Below are positions 55,955-64,000 of a stretch of DNA of 64,000 bases, piece by piece. The DNA is from Chthoniobacterales bacterium (GTDB taxonomy: Bacteria > Verrucomicrobiota > Verrucomicrobiia > Chthoniobacterales > UBA6821). The stretch's first letter is position 1, and each line of letters begins with the position of its first letter. A program made the position numbers and the translations under genes. The stretch is from contig DAISZK010000001.1 of NCBI GenBank assembly GCA_036824855.1, forward strand, positions 345-64,344, written 5' to 3'. The notes under the pieces were generated by a model. That model was not told the origin of the DNA. It searched no databases and worked only from the letters and a program-made list of their open reading frames with translations.

Positions 55955-56559
55955 GGCTGCTTGCGGGGTTTCGGCACAACAAAATCCTGAGATACTTCTG
56001 TGGCCACGGGAGCGGCAATGCGATTCACTGCGGAGGTACGTTCCTTCATTGCAATGAGCTCGACCTCCGCGGCTCGAACCTCCTCCTCCAACGTGCGAAT
56101 TTTATCCCGGATGGAGGCCGCTTCTTCAAAGTGCTCTTCCTCCACGGCTTTTTGAAGGCTCGCCTGCAACTCGACCAACTCCTTGTTACGAAGACGTCCG
56201 GCACGAAGTTTGGCAGGAACCTTTCCAGTATGGACGCTGCCCCGGTGCATATTCTTGAGCATTCCCGAGAGCCCCTCGGCAAAGGCATCGTAGCACGCAC
56301 TACATCCGAGGCGGCCCGTCTTTTTGAAATCGGCCTGCGAGAATCCGCAAACGGGACAGCGATTGCCCGCCGGGTTCTTGTCGATCTCCTGGGCGGCCCC
56401 TAATCCTAGCAAGAGATCGGCCAAGGCGAACCCCGTAGGGTCATTGACCCCTTTCTCCTTCGAGCAGGATTCGCAGAGATTCACCTTCTGCATCTTCCCA
56501 TCGACGATCTGAGTCAGGAAGACCGTGGCCTCCTTGGATTTACAGACGTCACAGAACAT
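55951..56559 (-). CDS. mcsA: McsA-like activator of protein arginine kinase (zinc fingers + UVR motif)
   Basis: Cysteine motifs are CDVC...CESC and CPVC...CSAC. The UVR-type helix is LQKAVEEEHFEEAASIRDKIRTLE. Its position immediately upstream of mcsB supports the call. Confidence 0.82.
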   Translation of the reverse strand: MFCDVCKSKEATVFLTQIVDGKMQKVNLCESCSKEKGVNDPTGFALADLLLGLGAAQEIDKNPAGNRCPVCGFSQADFKKTGRLGCSACYDAFAEGLSGMLKNMHRGSVHTGKVPAKLRAGRLRNKELVELQASLQKAVEEEHFEEAASIRDKIRTLEEEVRAAEVELIAMKERTSAVNRIAAPVATEVSQDFVVPKPRKQP

Positions 56560-56580
56560 GGATTGGGCCGGATTGATTCC

Positions 56581-57450
56581 TTAATAGATCGGCGTGCCTT
56601 CGGTCTGTGTCAACTCGTGGAATCGAGCAATCAACCGACGCGTCACAGGACCAGGCTTGCCGTCCCCAATCGGACGTTTGTCGAGCTCCACAGCCGGAAT
56701 GATCTCGGCGGCGGTGCCGGTCAGGAAGCACTCGTCAGCCGTGTAGATATCGTAGCGGGTCATCTGCGGCTCGGAGACTTGCAGACCTAACTCCTCAGCG
56801 ATCTGGATTGCAACGGCACGGGTGACACCCGCAAGCGCTCCCGAAGAGATCGGTGGCGTGGTGATCAATCCATCCGAAACAATGAAGATATTGTCCCCAG
56901 TGCATTCGGCCACAAGCCCCTGCTCATTGAGCATCAATCCCTCGCCGGCTCCGGCATGGGTCGCCTCGATCTTGGCCATGATGTTGTTCAGATAGTTGAG
57001 AGACTTCACCATCGGGCTGAGTGCTCCATGGGCGATGCGGCGCGTCGAGCAGGTGACGACCTTGAGACCCTTCTCGTAGCTCTCGGCTGGGTAAAGGGTA
57101 ATTTTGGCGGCAATGATGATGACCGTCGGCTTAGGGCAATGCTCCGGACTCAAACCTAGATTCCCTTTTCCTCTAGTCACCACAAGGCGGATATAACCAT
57201 CCTTGAGATCATTGCGGCGGATCGTCTCAAGCAGCGCCTCTGTCATGGCAGCACGGTCAAGCGGAATCACCATGAAGATCGCAGCAGCCGACTTGTAGAG
57301 ACGCTCAATATGCTCTTGCAAACGGAAGACCTTCCCATTGTAGAAACGGATGCCCTCGAAGACACCATCCCCATAAAGTAGTCCATGATCAAAAACCGAG
57401 ACCTTAGCCTCGGACTCAGGATAAAAAGCGCCGTCGATATAGATCTGCAT
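56581..57450 (-). CDS. ilvE: Branched-chain amino acid aminotransferase (class IV)
   Basis: Motifs are FDHGLLYGDGVFEGIRFYNGKVFRLQEHIERL and YIRLVVTRGKG, and the VKSLNYLNNI block is present. The start is set at ATG 57450 (the track start is TTG at 57480). Confidence 0.85.
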   Translation of the reverse strand: MQIYIDGAFYPESEAKVSVFDHGLLYGDGVFEGIRFYNGKVFRLQEHIERLYKSAAAIFMVIPLDRAAMTEALLETIRRNDLKDGYIRLVVTRGKGNLGLSPEHCPKPTVIIIAAKITLYPAESYEKGLKVVTCSTRRIAHGALSPMVKSLNYLNNIMAKIEATHAGAGEGLMLNEQGLVAECTGDNIFIVSDGLITTPPISSGALAGVTRAVAIQIAEELGLQVSEPQMTRYDIYTADECFLTGTAAEIIPAVELDKRPIGDGKPGPVTRRLIARFHELTQTEGTPIY

Positions 57451-57480
57451 CTTCTCTTCACTATGGCGAGAGAAGAGCAA

Positions 57481-58335
57481 TCAGAAAAGAAAAAGGTCCC
57501 TGAACCTGATCAACGTCATCCTTTGTTTGTAAAGACGGTAGACTTCCTTGGCGTTAGGCCAGCTTTCGCAGGACCCCCCTTCTGGTTGACTTACCCCAGA
57601 ACTGCGATCCAGTAGGAAGTGTTTGTTCAAAGTGAGCAGCTCTGCGCCCATTTCCATCAGCCTGCGACTAGTCGTAAAAACGCTCCACTCAGGGTCCCTA
57701 GTCGTTGTCTTTTGGGAAAGAATTCTCCCTCCATCGATTTTTTCTGAGACACGGTGCAGGGTTACCCCGATATCTTTTTCTTCCAAGATCAAAGACTGCA
57801 ATACCGGCTCAACTCCTCGATGCATTGGCAGCAGAGAGGGGTGTAGATTGACTACCGCAAACCCTTCACCATCACAGAGATCCTTGTCCAATCTCTGATC
57901 GAAATGAGACGCAACTAACAATTGAGGATTGCTTGTTGCCAGGAACCGATGCCCTTCGGGAGAGTTTAGATCCCGCGTCCGTAAAACCGGAAAACCAATG
58001 CGACGAGCCATGGCACCAACAGACAGCTTCTCGCGTCCAAGCATGGAACCAACCACCTCCATTGCGGTGGTGATAAACCAGATGTAGACCGTGTACAGAA
58101 TTCCGCAGCGATAAAAAAAACATGCCGCCCCGGTCAAAAAACCCATCTCGGGACGAAACACCCGAACTGATCTCACGAGCCCCACCACCTCGAAACTCTC
58201 GTCACGAAGAAGCGCGCCGAGAACGATAGCACCCAACGCTCCGCCACTCGTGCAGAAAACAGTCCGGATTTTACTATCCGGATTTCTTGCGTGCAAATCA
58301 GGACTGAGATCAGCCCTCAGTGGTGACACTGCCAT
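57481..58335 (-). CDS. Formyltransferase-fold protein (Formyl_trans_N only) with a hydrophobic insertion
   Basis: The catalytic blocks FAVVNLHPSLLPMHRG (Asn/His) and KIDGGRIL (Asp) align to Fmt/PurN-type enzymes. There is no Fmt C-terminal domain. An aromatic/hydrophobic segment of about 40 aa (GFLTGAACFFYRCGILYTVYIWFITTAMEVVG) sits where Fmt has a polar loop. Confidence 0.7.
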   Translation of the reverse strand: MAVSPLRADLSPDLHARNPDSKIRTVFCTSGGALGAIVLGALLRDESFEVVGLVRSVRVFRPEMGFLTGAACFFYRCGILYTVYIWFITTAMEVVGSMLGREKLSVGAMARRIGFPVLRTRDLNSPEGHRFLATSNPQLLVASHFDQRLDKDLCDGEGFAVVNLHPSLLPMHRGVEPVLQSLILEEKDIGVTLHRVSEKIDGGRILSQKTTTRDPEWSVFTTSRRLMEMGAELLTLNKHFLLDRSSGVSQPEGGSCESWPNAKEVYRLYKQRMTLIRFRDLFLF

Positions 58336-58347
58336 CTCTTCTACCTC

Positions 58348-59706
58348 CTAGCCCTTTCTCCAAAGATGGCTCAGCACCTTGATAGTCTGGTCGATATCCT
58401 GTTCGGAATGATCCGAGCTTATGAAAAAACGAAGTCTGGCAGCATTCTCAGAGACCGCTGGATAAAGGATAGGCTGGGCACTGATTCCCTCCGAGGCGAG
58501 TTCTTGCGAGAGACGGGCAGCCCTGATCGAACTTGCCGTAATGGCAGGGATCACCGACATCCCGGAGCTTGATCCCGTAGGAATCCCTGCGGACCGGGCA
58601 CCCTGGAGGAATTGCCTGCCACGCTGCCTGAGGATTGCAATCCGTTTGGGTTCCCTGAGCATGATCTGGAGCGCCGTCAGGGCTGCGGCACAGGAGGCAG
58701 GAGGAATACCGACGCTGTAGATAAAGCCGGGAACCGAATATTTGAGGTATTCGATCAAGGAGGATGCCCCTGCAACATACCCGCCGCAGGATGCCAGGGA
58801 CTTGCTAAGGGTCCCCATCCAGAGATCCACATCCTTGGGATCCATTCCGAAATGCTCTGCAATCCCGCGACCAGCAGCTCCCATGACCCCTATGGAGTGC
58901 GCTTCATCCACCATCAGCAGTGCATGATGCTTCCGCTTGATTGCGACGATCTCCGGAAGATCGGGAAAATCACCATCCATGCTGTAGATTCCCTCGACGA
59001 CGACCAACACCCGCTCATACTGTCGCCTCGACTCGGCCAGGATCTTGTCCAGGGCTTGATGATCATTGTGAGGGAATGAAATCCGTTTGGCTCCGGAGAG
59101 CCGGATGCCCTCGATGACACAATTATGAATCAGGGCGTCATGAACGACGAGATCCTTGGGGCCTAACAAATGACCGATCACCGTGACCGAGGTGGCGTGA
59201 CCGCTGACAAAACTGAGTGCCGCTTCGGAACCATGCAACTCTGCAAGGGCTCTCTCCAAGTCCTGATGCAGGGGTCGCTCTCCGGCAACGATACGACTAG
59301 CGGAGACAGACGTGCCGTATTTCTCGATGGCTTCTTTGGCAGCTTGATTCACCTCAGGGTGTCCACTGAGTCCGAGATAATTGTAATTCGAGAAATTAAT
59401 CAGCTCACGGCCTGCGACCATGGTGGTGGCTCCTGCCGTGCCCTCATGACAGGTGAAGAAAGGGTTTTTGATTCCGATTTTTTTTGCCCCCTGTAGCAAC
59501 AGTGCCAATTTCTTGAAACCGGGGGTCTTGTCCCATCCACTATGCTCGGCAAAGGATCCAGCCTCCCTTTTCAAAAAAGGGATCGCTGAGGATAGCCCGG
59601 ACTCCGGATTCTCAAGACGCTTGAGACGATTTTCGATGGCTTGATGCACCAGACGTTCCTTCATCTGTGAGGCAAGGCTTTTGGAACCAGGGAATGGAGA
59701 ACTCAT
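58348..59706 (-). CDS. Alpha-oxoamine synthase family PLP enzyme (AONS/serine palmitoyltransferase/CqsA-like)
   Basis: Motifs are NFSNYNYLGL, EGIYSMDGDFPDL and LMVDEAHSIGVMG. The PLP-lysine block is MGTLSKSLASCGGYVAG. It carries an N-terminal extension of about 90 aa compared with the typical size of BioF. Confidence 0.85.
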   Translation of the reverse strand: MSSPFPGSKSLASQMKERLVHQAIENRLKRLENPESGLSSAIPFLKREAGSFAEHSGWDKTPGFKKLALLLQGAKKIGIKNPFFTCHEGTAGATTMVAGRELINFSNYNYLGLSGHPEVNQAAKEAIEKYGTSVSASRIVAGERPLHQDLERALAELHGSEAALSFVSGHATSVTVIGHLLGPKDLVVHDALIHNCVIEGIRLSGAKRISFPHNDHQALDKILAESRRQYERVLVVVEGIYSMDGDFPDLPEIVAIKRKHHALLMVDEAHSIGVMGAAGRGIAEHFGMDPKDVDLWMGTLSKSLASCGGYVAGASSLIEYLKYSVPGFIYSVGIPPASCAAALTALQIMLREPKRIAILRQRGRQFLQGARSAGIPTGSSSGMSVIPAITASSIRAARLSQELASEGISAQPILYPAVSENAARLRFFISSDHSEQDIDQTIKVLSHLWRKG

Positions 59707-59767
59707 GGTTAGAATGATGAAAGGATCATGCCGCTAGTCGATAGCTTGGAATTTCATTAGCTCCTCC

Positions 59768-62700
59768 CTAGGCACTGGCTCTGGAAACGGATGAAGCAAT
59801 CTCCGTGAGATCCTCCTCGGACAACTCTTCAGCACCATGCTGAGCAGCTAGGAGACGCATGCTCTCCTGCAGCACATCACTTTCAGATTCCTTGGGATGC
59901 TCTTCTTGCGATTCATTCAGAATCATCCCGGAAATCCTCTCGGCAAGCTTCTGAACTGTCGGCCCTTCGCTCAAGACCATCATCGGGAGCTTGATCTCCA
60001 GACTCTCCTCGAGAGTTGCAGCCAACTCCACGGCCATCAGGGAATCCATCCCGACATCGAAAAGCGACTTACGTCGATCCAGCTTCATCGGATCCATACG
60101 GAGGATACCGGCTATCGAATGGGCCAGATGCTCCTGAAGCAATCCGACAGTCTCTTCTTGGTTCAATCCCGCAAATTGTTCGCGGATGGATCGTGTTTCC
60201 CCGCTCTGTGCTGATTGCTCATCTGATTCATGACGGAAACAGTCAAACCGAGGCGCCTTTGCCGAAGGGAGGAATTTGGCCATTTTACCCCACTCCAAAT
60301 CGAGCCATGCCGTCGTGACCACACCTTGGCTGATAAGGGATCCCAAGGTTTCAAGAGCTTCATCCGAATCCAAGGCACGCCCTCCCATTCTCGAGCAGAG
60401 CGCATCCTTGATTTGCTGATTACGGGCAAGATACCCGACATCTGCGATTGGCCCCCATGCCACGCAGGTTGCGGGGAGACCCTTTGATGCCCTAACAGCA
60501 GCCAACGCTTCAAGCCCCAAGTTAGCTGCTACATACGCCCCCTGTCCGGGGTTTCCAAAAACGGTGGTGGCCGAGGAGTAGAGGACAAAAAATTCCAGTC
60601 TGTCCGTTCGGGTAAGCTCATCAAGGAGCATGGCTCCGACTAACTTCGAATGGAGCACCTTTTCCAACTGCGATGCCGAGAGATTCTGCAGAAGACCATC
60701 CTCGATCACCATTGCAGAATGAATGACACCACGCAGAGGGGGCATCGTGGAGCGAATCTGTTCGAGCAAAAGGGTCACGGACTCACGGCAACCGACGTCA
60801 CAGGAAACGATCTTCACATCGACCCCAGACGCAGTGATTTTTGCGACAATCTCCCTTCCTTCGTTATCAAGCACTCCCCGTCTGCTTGCTAGCACCAGTG
60901 ATCGCGCTCCCCTACCAGCCAGCCATTCTGCTGAGCGAAGGCCAAAACCACTCGTTCCCCCCGTCACCAGATAGGTGGCGTCATCGCGTAGTGAAAATTG
61001 TTCAGAGATGTCATCAGAAACCACCTCGGCCGCGGAATGCCCCGGTGAAGTGACAATAACTTTACCCACCTGCTTGGAGTGCTGCATGTGCCGGAACGCC
61101 TCGGCGATTTCCGAGGAGTCGAACACGGTGTAGGGAAGTGGATGCAAGACTCCCTTCTCGAAAAGCGAGGTGATCTTGGCAAAAAGTTCTGCGGTAAGAC
61201 TCGGGTTGGCCGCCATGAGTTGGTCGGCATCAATGCCATGGTAGGTGATATTATTGCGGAAGGGACGCAGGCCGATACGGCTATTCTCGTAGAAGTCTCT
61301 TTTGCCGAGTTCTAAAAATCGCCCGAAGGGTCTGAGGATCCTGAGATTTTTGACAACGGCCTCGCCGGCGAGCGAATTCAGCACGATATCGATTCCCTCT
61401 CCGGAGGTGAGCGCCATCACCTCATCTGCAAAACGAAGCGATCGGGAATCGAGGATATGATCTACTCCGAGCATCTTCAGAAAATCACGTTTTTCTTCCG
61501 ACCCCGCCGTGGCGAAAATCTCAAGCCCGAGATGACGAGCCAATTGGATGGCAGCAATTCCGACACCTCCAGCGGCCCCATGGATGAGCAATCTTTCACC
61601 AGAACGGGCACGGGCCAGCTCAATGAGTGAATAATAGACCGTAAAAAACGCCGTGGGGATCGTGGCTGCGGCTTCAAACGTCCAATCCGCCGGCTTTTTC
61701 ATCACGGCCTCGACCTTGGTGACAGCGTGGGTGGAAAAAGCTTTCGATGCAAAAGCGATCACCTCGTCCCCAGGCTGGCACCCGGAAACTCCCGCGCCTG
61801 TTCGTGTCACGACACCCGACAATTCCATTCCGACCGTCTGCCCTGCAAACCCACTCTCCAATGCCTCGTCGGGAAGCAACCCCATCGCGTACATCACATC
61901 CCTAAAGTTTAATCCAGCAGCCTTGACCTCAATTTCCAACTCTCCCTGATTCGGAGCAACTCTCGATCCCGAGTACCATTTTAGGTTCGTGAAGGAGCCC
62001 GGTTGACTGAAGTCCAGATAGCGCAGCCCACTTTCCTCTGATGCAGGGATGATCGATGATTGGACTGCTGTTCTGGAAACTTTTCGCCCAAATACTCCCA
62101 ACAGAACCTCGTCCTCACAGGAATCTGACATCACCTCCGCCGCAAGTGCCCGCGAGACCTCGCTGAATGAGGCAAGCCGCACATCCAGGAGGCGGAGATT
62201 CCCCATGGCATACTCATTTCTAGCCACCCTTAGATAACCTAAAAGAGCGGAACCTTGGATCGTTATCCCAGAGTTTTCTTTTTTACTTGCCTTGTTGGCC
62301 TCATGGAAAAGACCTGAAGAAATAATCGTTACGGGGATCGGCGAGGCAGAACCCTCGTTTGCTTTCAGCACCGCATTGATAGCGCCCAAGCGTTCTTTGA
62401 GAGTCGTGAGTATCGTCTCTGCAGACTCCTCGTCATGCTGGGTTCCCGTGATAATAATCAATCCACCATTCGTCCCCTCATGTGAATTAAGCAACCCGCC
62501 CCACCCCTCCTCATCGGAGAGAGAAGAGATGGTGGCAACCTGGTTTAAGACCTCGAGATGATCTTGAATCGAAAGGGCAAGGGATGCGTCCTGCTCATTG
62601 TGAAAGAGAATTATCCAAGTCTTGGGCTCTGGAACCGAGATTGATTGCTCCTCGGCTTGACCAGTGGATGCAAGGATTAGGAAACCAGAGCTCACCCCCT

Positions 62701-64000
62701 CCTCTGAGGGCGGCGTCCAAACATCCTTAAAACCCGCTTCCTTTAGACTCCTCTGCCAGACATCAGGATTTTTGCGACGCGACATCAACTCCCCAGCCTC
62801 AGTCGTCCACCAATCGCATGAGGATCCGTAAAGGAAATCATCTAGCCGGTTTGAAGCCCTCTCCGCGAAGGCAAGAGTGCCTTCCGGAAGCAGGAGTTTG
62901 TTCAATTCCTCAAGCTTCTCTAGGGAGGACATGGAGTCCATCCCTGTAGCAACCACGATGAAATCGAAGCCACCGGCAAGGCAAGCCGTCGCAGGAAGAG
63001 GAGTCACGTTATCCAGCACATGGACGGCTACTTCAGGATATCCGGCGAGTCTTGGTAAGAGATCCCTGCGTGCCTGAGAAGTCGGAACCGTCAAGGTCAC
63101 CTCGCAGTTTCCAGACAGCATCCAGGGAGCAAGAATGGTTTCCCCATGGATCCTATTACCAAGCATGCATAGGATTTTGGGACGATCGCCTTTTTGTGAT
63201 AAGGAAAGCGATTTCTCAAGAACATGCGAGATCAGGTCATAAAGTGGCGCAAGGGATCCGGGCACCATCAGAGGCGACTCCTCTGACCAAGATCGGGGTA
63301 AGAGTTGAGTCGCATCGCGCTGACCGGAGAGGATTGCAGGGAGATGGAGGCCGATCCTTCCCGTTGCTCTGATCAGATCGGAATACTCGGGATGAGACTC
63401 TATGAGCGTGAGCCAGATAGCCTGCGCCGAAGGCTCTTCGGGACGCTTTATTAAAGAACAGCGTCCGTCATCACGCCTTCTGAGGAGCCCGTCTTTCTCT
63501 AATATCCAAAACAGACTAAGTGCATAGGATTGAAGCGATTCCAATACAGCACCCTGTTCCACGAGACGATCCAGTGTGAAATCACTCTCCCCGTCAGTAA
63601 GTGCCTGGAGAGTTTCTTTCGTAAACGCACTGCATAGAAGCTCCAACAGCAGCTCCGTCTCCTCATGATAAACTTTCCATTGTTTCGAAGATTTTAACTT
63701 GGGCAGCGCCTCTTCAAATAGTCGGCGCACATTCAGCAAACTTAGCGACTTGCTTGCCTGATTCGGTGACAAGGGTTTGGAAATGAACTTCGTAGTCAGG
63801 AAGCGTGCATGATCCCCGGCACGAGCAATGAGTTTGGCTGCCTTGAACCTAACCCCGGATGCAGAGGCGACCAGATCACCCGCCTCGTTTCTCAGGCAAA
63901 GATCTGCCAAGATCCCACGCCGGGTACGGCGTCTCACGATCGCCTCAAGTGAGGCACAGGCTTCATGAGGGCGATGCATCCGAAATCGGTCCAATCGAAT
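59768..64000 (-). CDS. Type I reducing polyketide/fatty-acid-like synthase, C-terminal part (DH end, degenerate MT-like region, ER, KR, ACP); 5' end lies beyond the right edge
   Basis: The ER is at about 61049..62032 (GELEIEVKAAGLNFRD, LLIHGAAGGVGIAAIQLA). The KR is at about 60425..60982 (TYLVTGGTSGFGL, YSSATTVFGNPGQGAYVAAN). The ACP is at about 59945..60172 (LFDVGMDSLMAVEL). There is no TE or R domain, and an acidic tail of about 55 aa follows the ACP. The reading frame stays open to nt 64000, so the M at 63994 in the track is not a real start. Confidence 0.88.
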   Translation of the reverse strand: MRLDRFRMHRPHEACASLEAIVRRRTRRGILADLCLRNEAGDLVASASGVRFKAAKLIARAGDHARFLTTKFISKPLSPNQASKSLSLLNVRRLFEEALPKLKSSKQWKVYHEETELLLELLCSAFTKETLQALTDGESDFTLDRLVEQGAVLESLQSYALSLFWILEKDGLLRRRDDGRCSLIKRPEEPSAQAIWLTLIESHPEYSDLIRATGRIGLHLPAILSGQRDATQLLPRSWSEESPLMVPGSLAPLYDLISHVLEKSLSLSQKGDRPKILCMLGNRIHGETILAPWMLSGNCEVTLTVPTSQARRDLLPRLAGYPEVAVHVLDNVTPLPATACLAGGFDFIVVATGMDSMSSLEKLEELNKLLLPEGTLAFAERASNRLDDFLYGSSCDWWTTEAGELMSRRKNPDVWQRSLKEAGFKDVWTPPSEEGVSSGFLILASTGQAEEQSISVPEPKTWIILFHNEQDASLALSIQDHLEVLNQVATISSLSDEEGWGGLLNSHEGTNGGLIIITGTQHDEESAETILTTLKERLGAINAVLKANEGSASPIPVTIISSGLFHEANKASKKENSGITIQGSALLGYLRVARNEYAMGNLRLLDVRLASFSEVSRALAAEVMSDSCEDEVLLGVFGRKVSRTAVQSSIIPASEESGLRYLDFSQPGSFTNLKWYSGSRVAPNQGELEIEVKAAGLNFRDVMYAMGLLPDEALESGFAGQTVGMELSGVVTRTGAGVSGCQPGDEVIAFASKAFSTHAVTKVEAVMKKPADWTFEAAATIPTAFFTVYYSLIELARARSGERLLIHGAAGGVGIAAIQLARHLGLEIFATAGSEEKRDFLKMLGVDHILDSRSLRFADEVMALTSGEGIDIVLNSLAGEAVVKNLRILRPFGRFLELGKRDFYENSRIGLRPFRNNITYHGIDADQLMAANPSLTAELFAKITSLFEKGVLHPLPYTVFDSSEIAEAFRHMQHSKQVGKVIVTSPGHSAAEVVSDDISEQFSLRDDATYLVTGGTSGFGLRSAEWLAGRGARSLVLASRRGVLDNEGREIVAKITASGVDVKIVSCDVGCRESVTLLLEQIRSTMPPLRGVIHSAMVIEDGLLQNLSASQLEKVLHSKLVGAMLLDELTRTDRLEFFVLYSSATTVFGNPGQGAYVAANLGLEALAAVRASKGLPATCVAWGPIADVGYLARNQQIKDALCSRMGGRALDSDEALETLGSLISQGVVTTAWLDLEWGKMAKFLPSAKAPRFDCFRHESDEQSAQSGETRSIREQFAGLNQEETVGLLQEHLAHSIAGILRMDPMKLDRRKSLFDVGMDSLMAVELAATLEESLEIKLPMMVLSEGPTVQKLAERISGMILNESQEEHPKESESDVLQESMRLLAAQHGAEELSEEDLTEIASSVSRASA

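Overview
The window is 64 kb and roughly 55-58% GC by eye. It is densely coding, with 38 CDS calls (two of them partial, at the window edges) plus one decayed gene. All genes except two (an EVE-domain gene and an AraC regulator) are on the minus strand. Gene content suggests a PVC/Verrucomicrobia-like organism, but this is a low-confidence inference.

Layout:
- 1-15.2 kb: housekeeping genes. These are a Lol-type permease fragment, an MFS transporter, lysS, pdxA, a SurA-like PPIase, mfd, a class IV aminotransferase, a sigma-54 response regulator, uppS, purA, an EVE-domain protein, and an orphan GspE/PilB ATPase.
- 15.2-51.1 kb: a 36 kb glycan-degradation island that is almost entirely on one strand. 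It holds GH43, a beta-helix protein, two GH29, three GH27, GH79, an NPCBM-tagged protein with an unassigned catalytic region, two heparinase II/III-fold giants, GH28, GH2 with PA14, three acetyl-esterase modules, an aldo/keto reductase, an AraC regulator, a 790-aa unknown protein and a GH43 relic.
- 51.2-57.5 kb: an MgtE-like transporter, the mcsA-mcsB-clpC protein-arginine-kinase module, and ilvE.
- 57.5-64.0 kb: a formyltransferase-fold protein, a stand-alone alpha-oxoamine synthase, and the C-terminal 1,410 codons of a FAS-like reducing type I PKS that runs off the right edge.

I recognised no rRNA, tRNA, CRISPR array, transposase or integrase.

Best candidates for something new:
1. The PKS / alpha-oxoamine synthase / formyltransferase cassette, predicted to make an amino-lipid.
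2. A roughly 61-aa N-terminal module that is 69% identical between two otherwise unrelated adjacent secreted enzymes.
3. The NPCBM-tagged 952-aa protein and the 790-aa protein, both possible unclassified CAZymes.
4. A GH43 relic carrying a nonsense codon and an internal deletion.
5. An 18-bp perfect palindrome in the divergent AKR/AraC promoter region.

All family calls come from motif recognition by eye. No searches were run.
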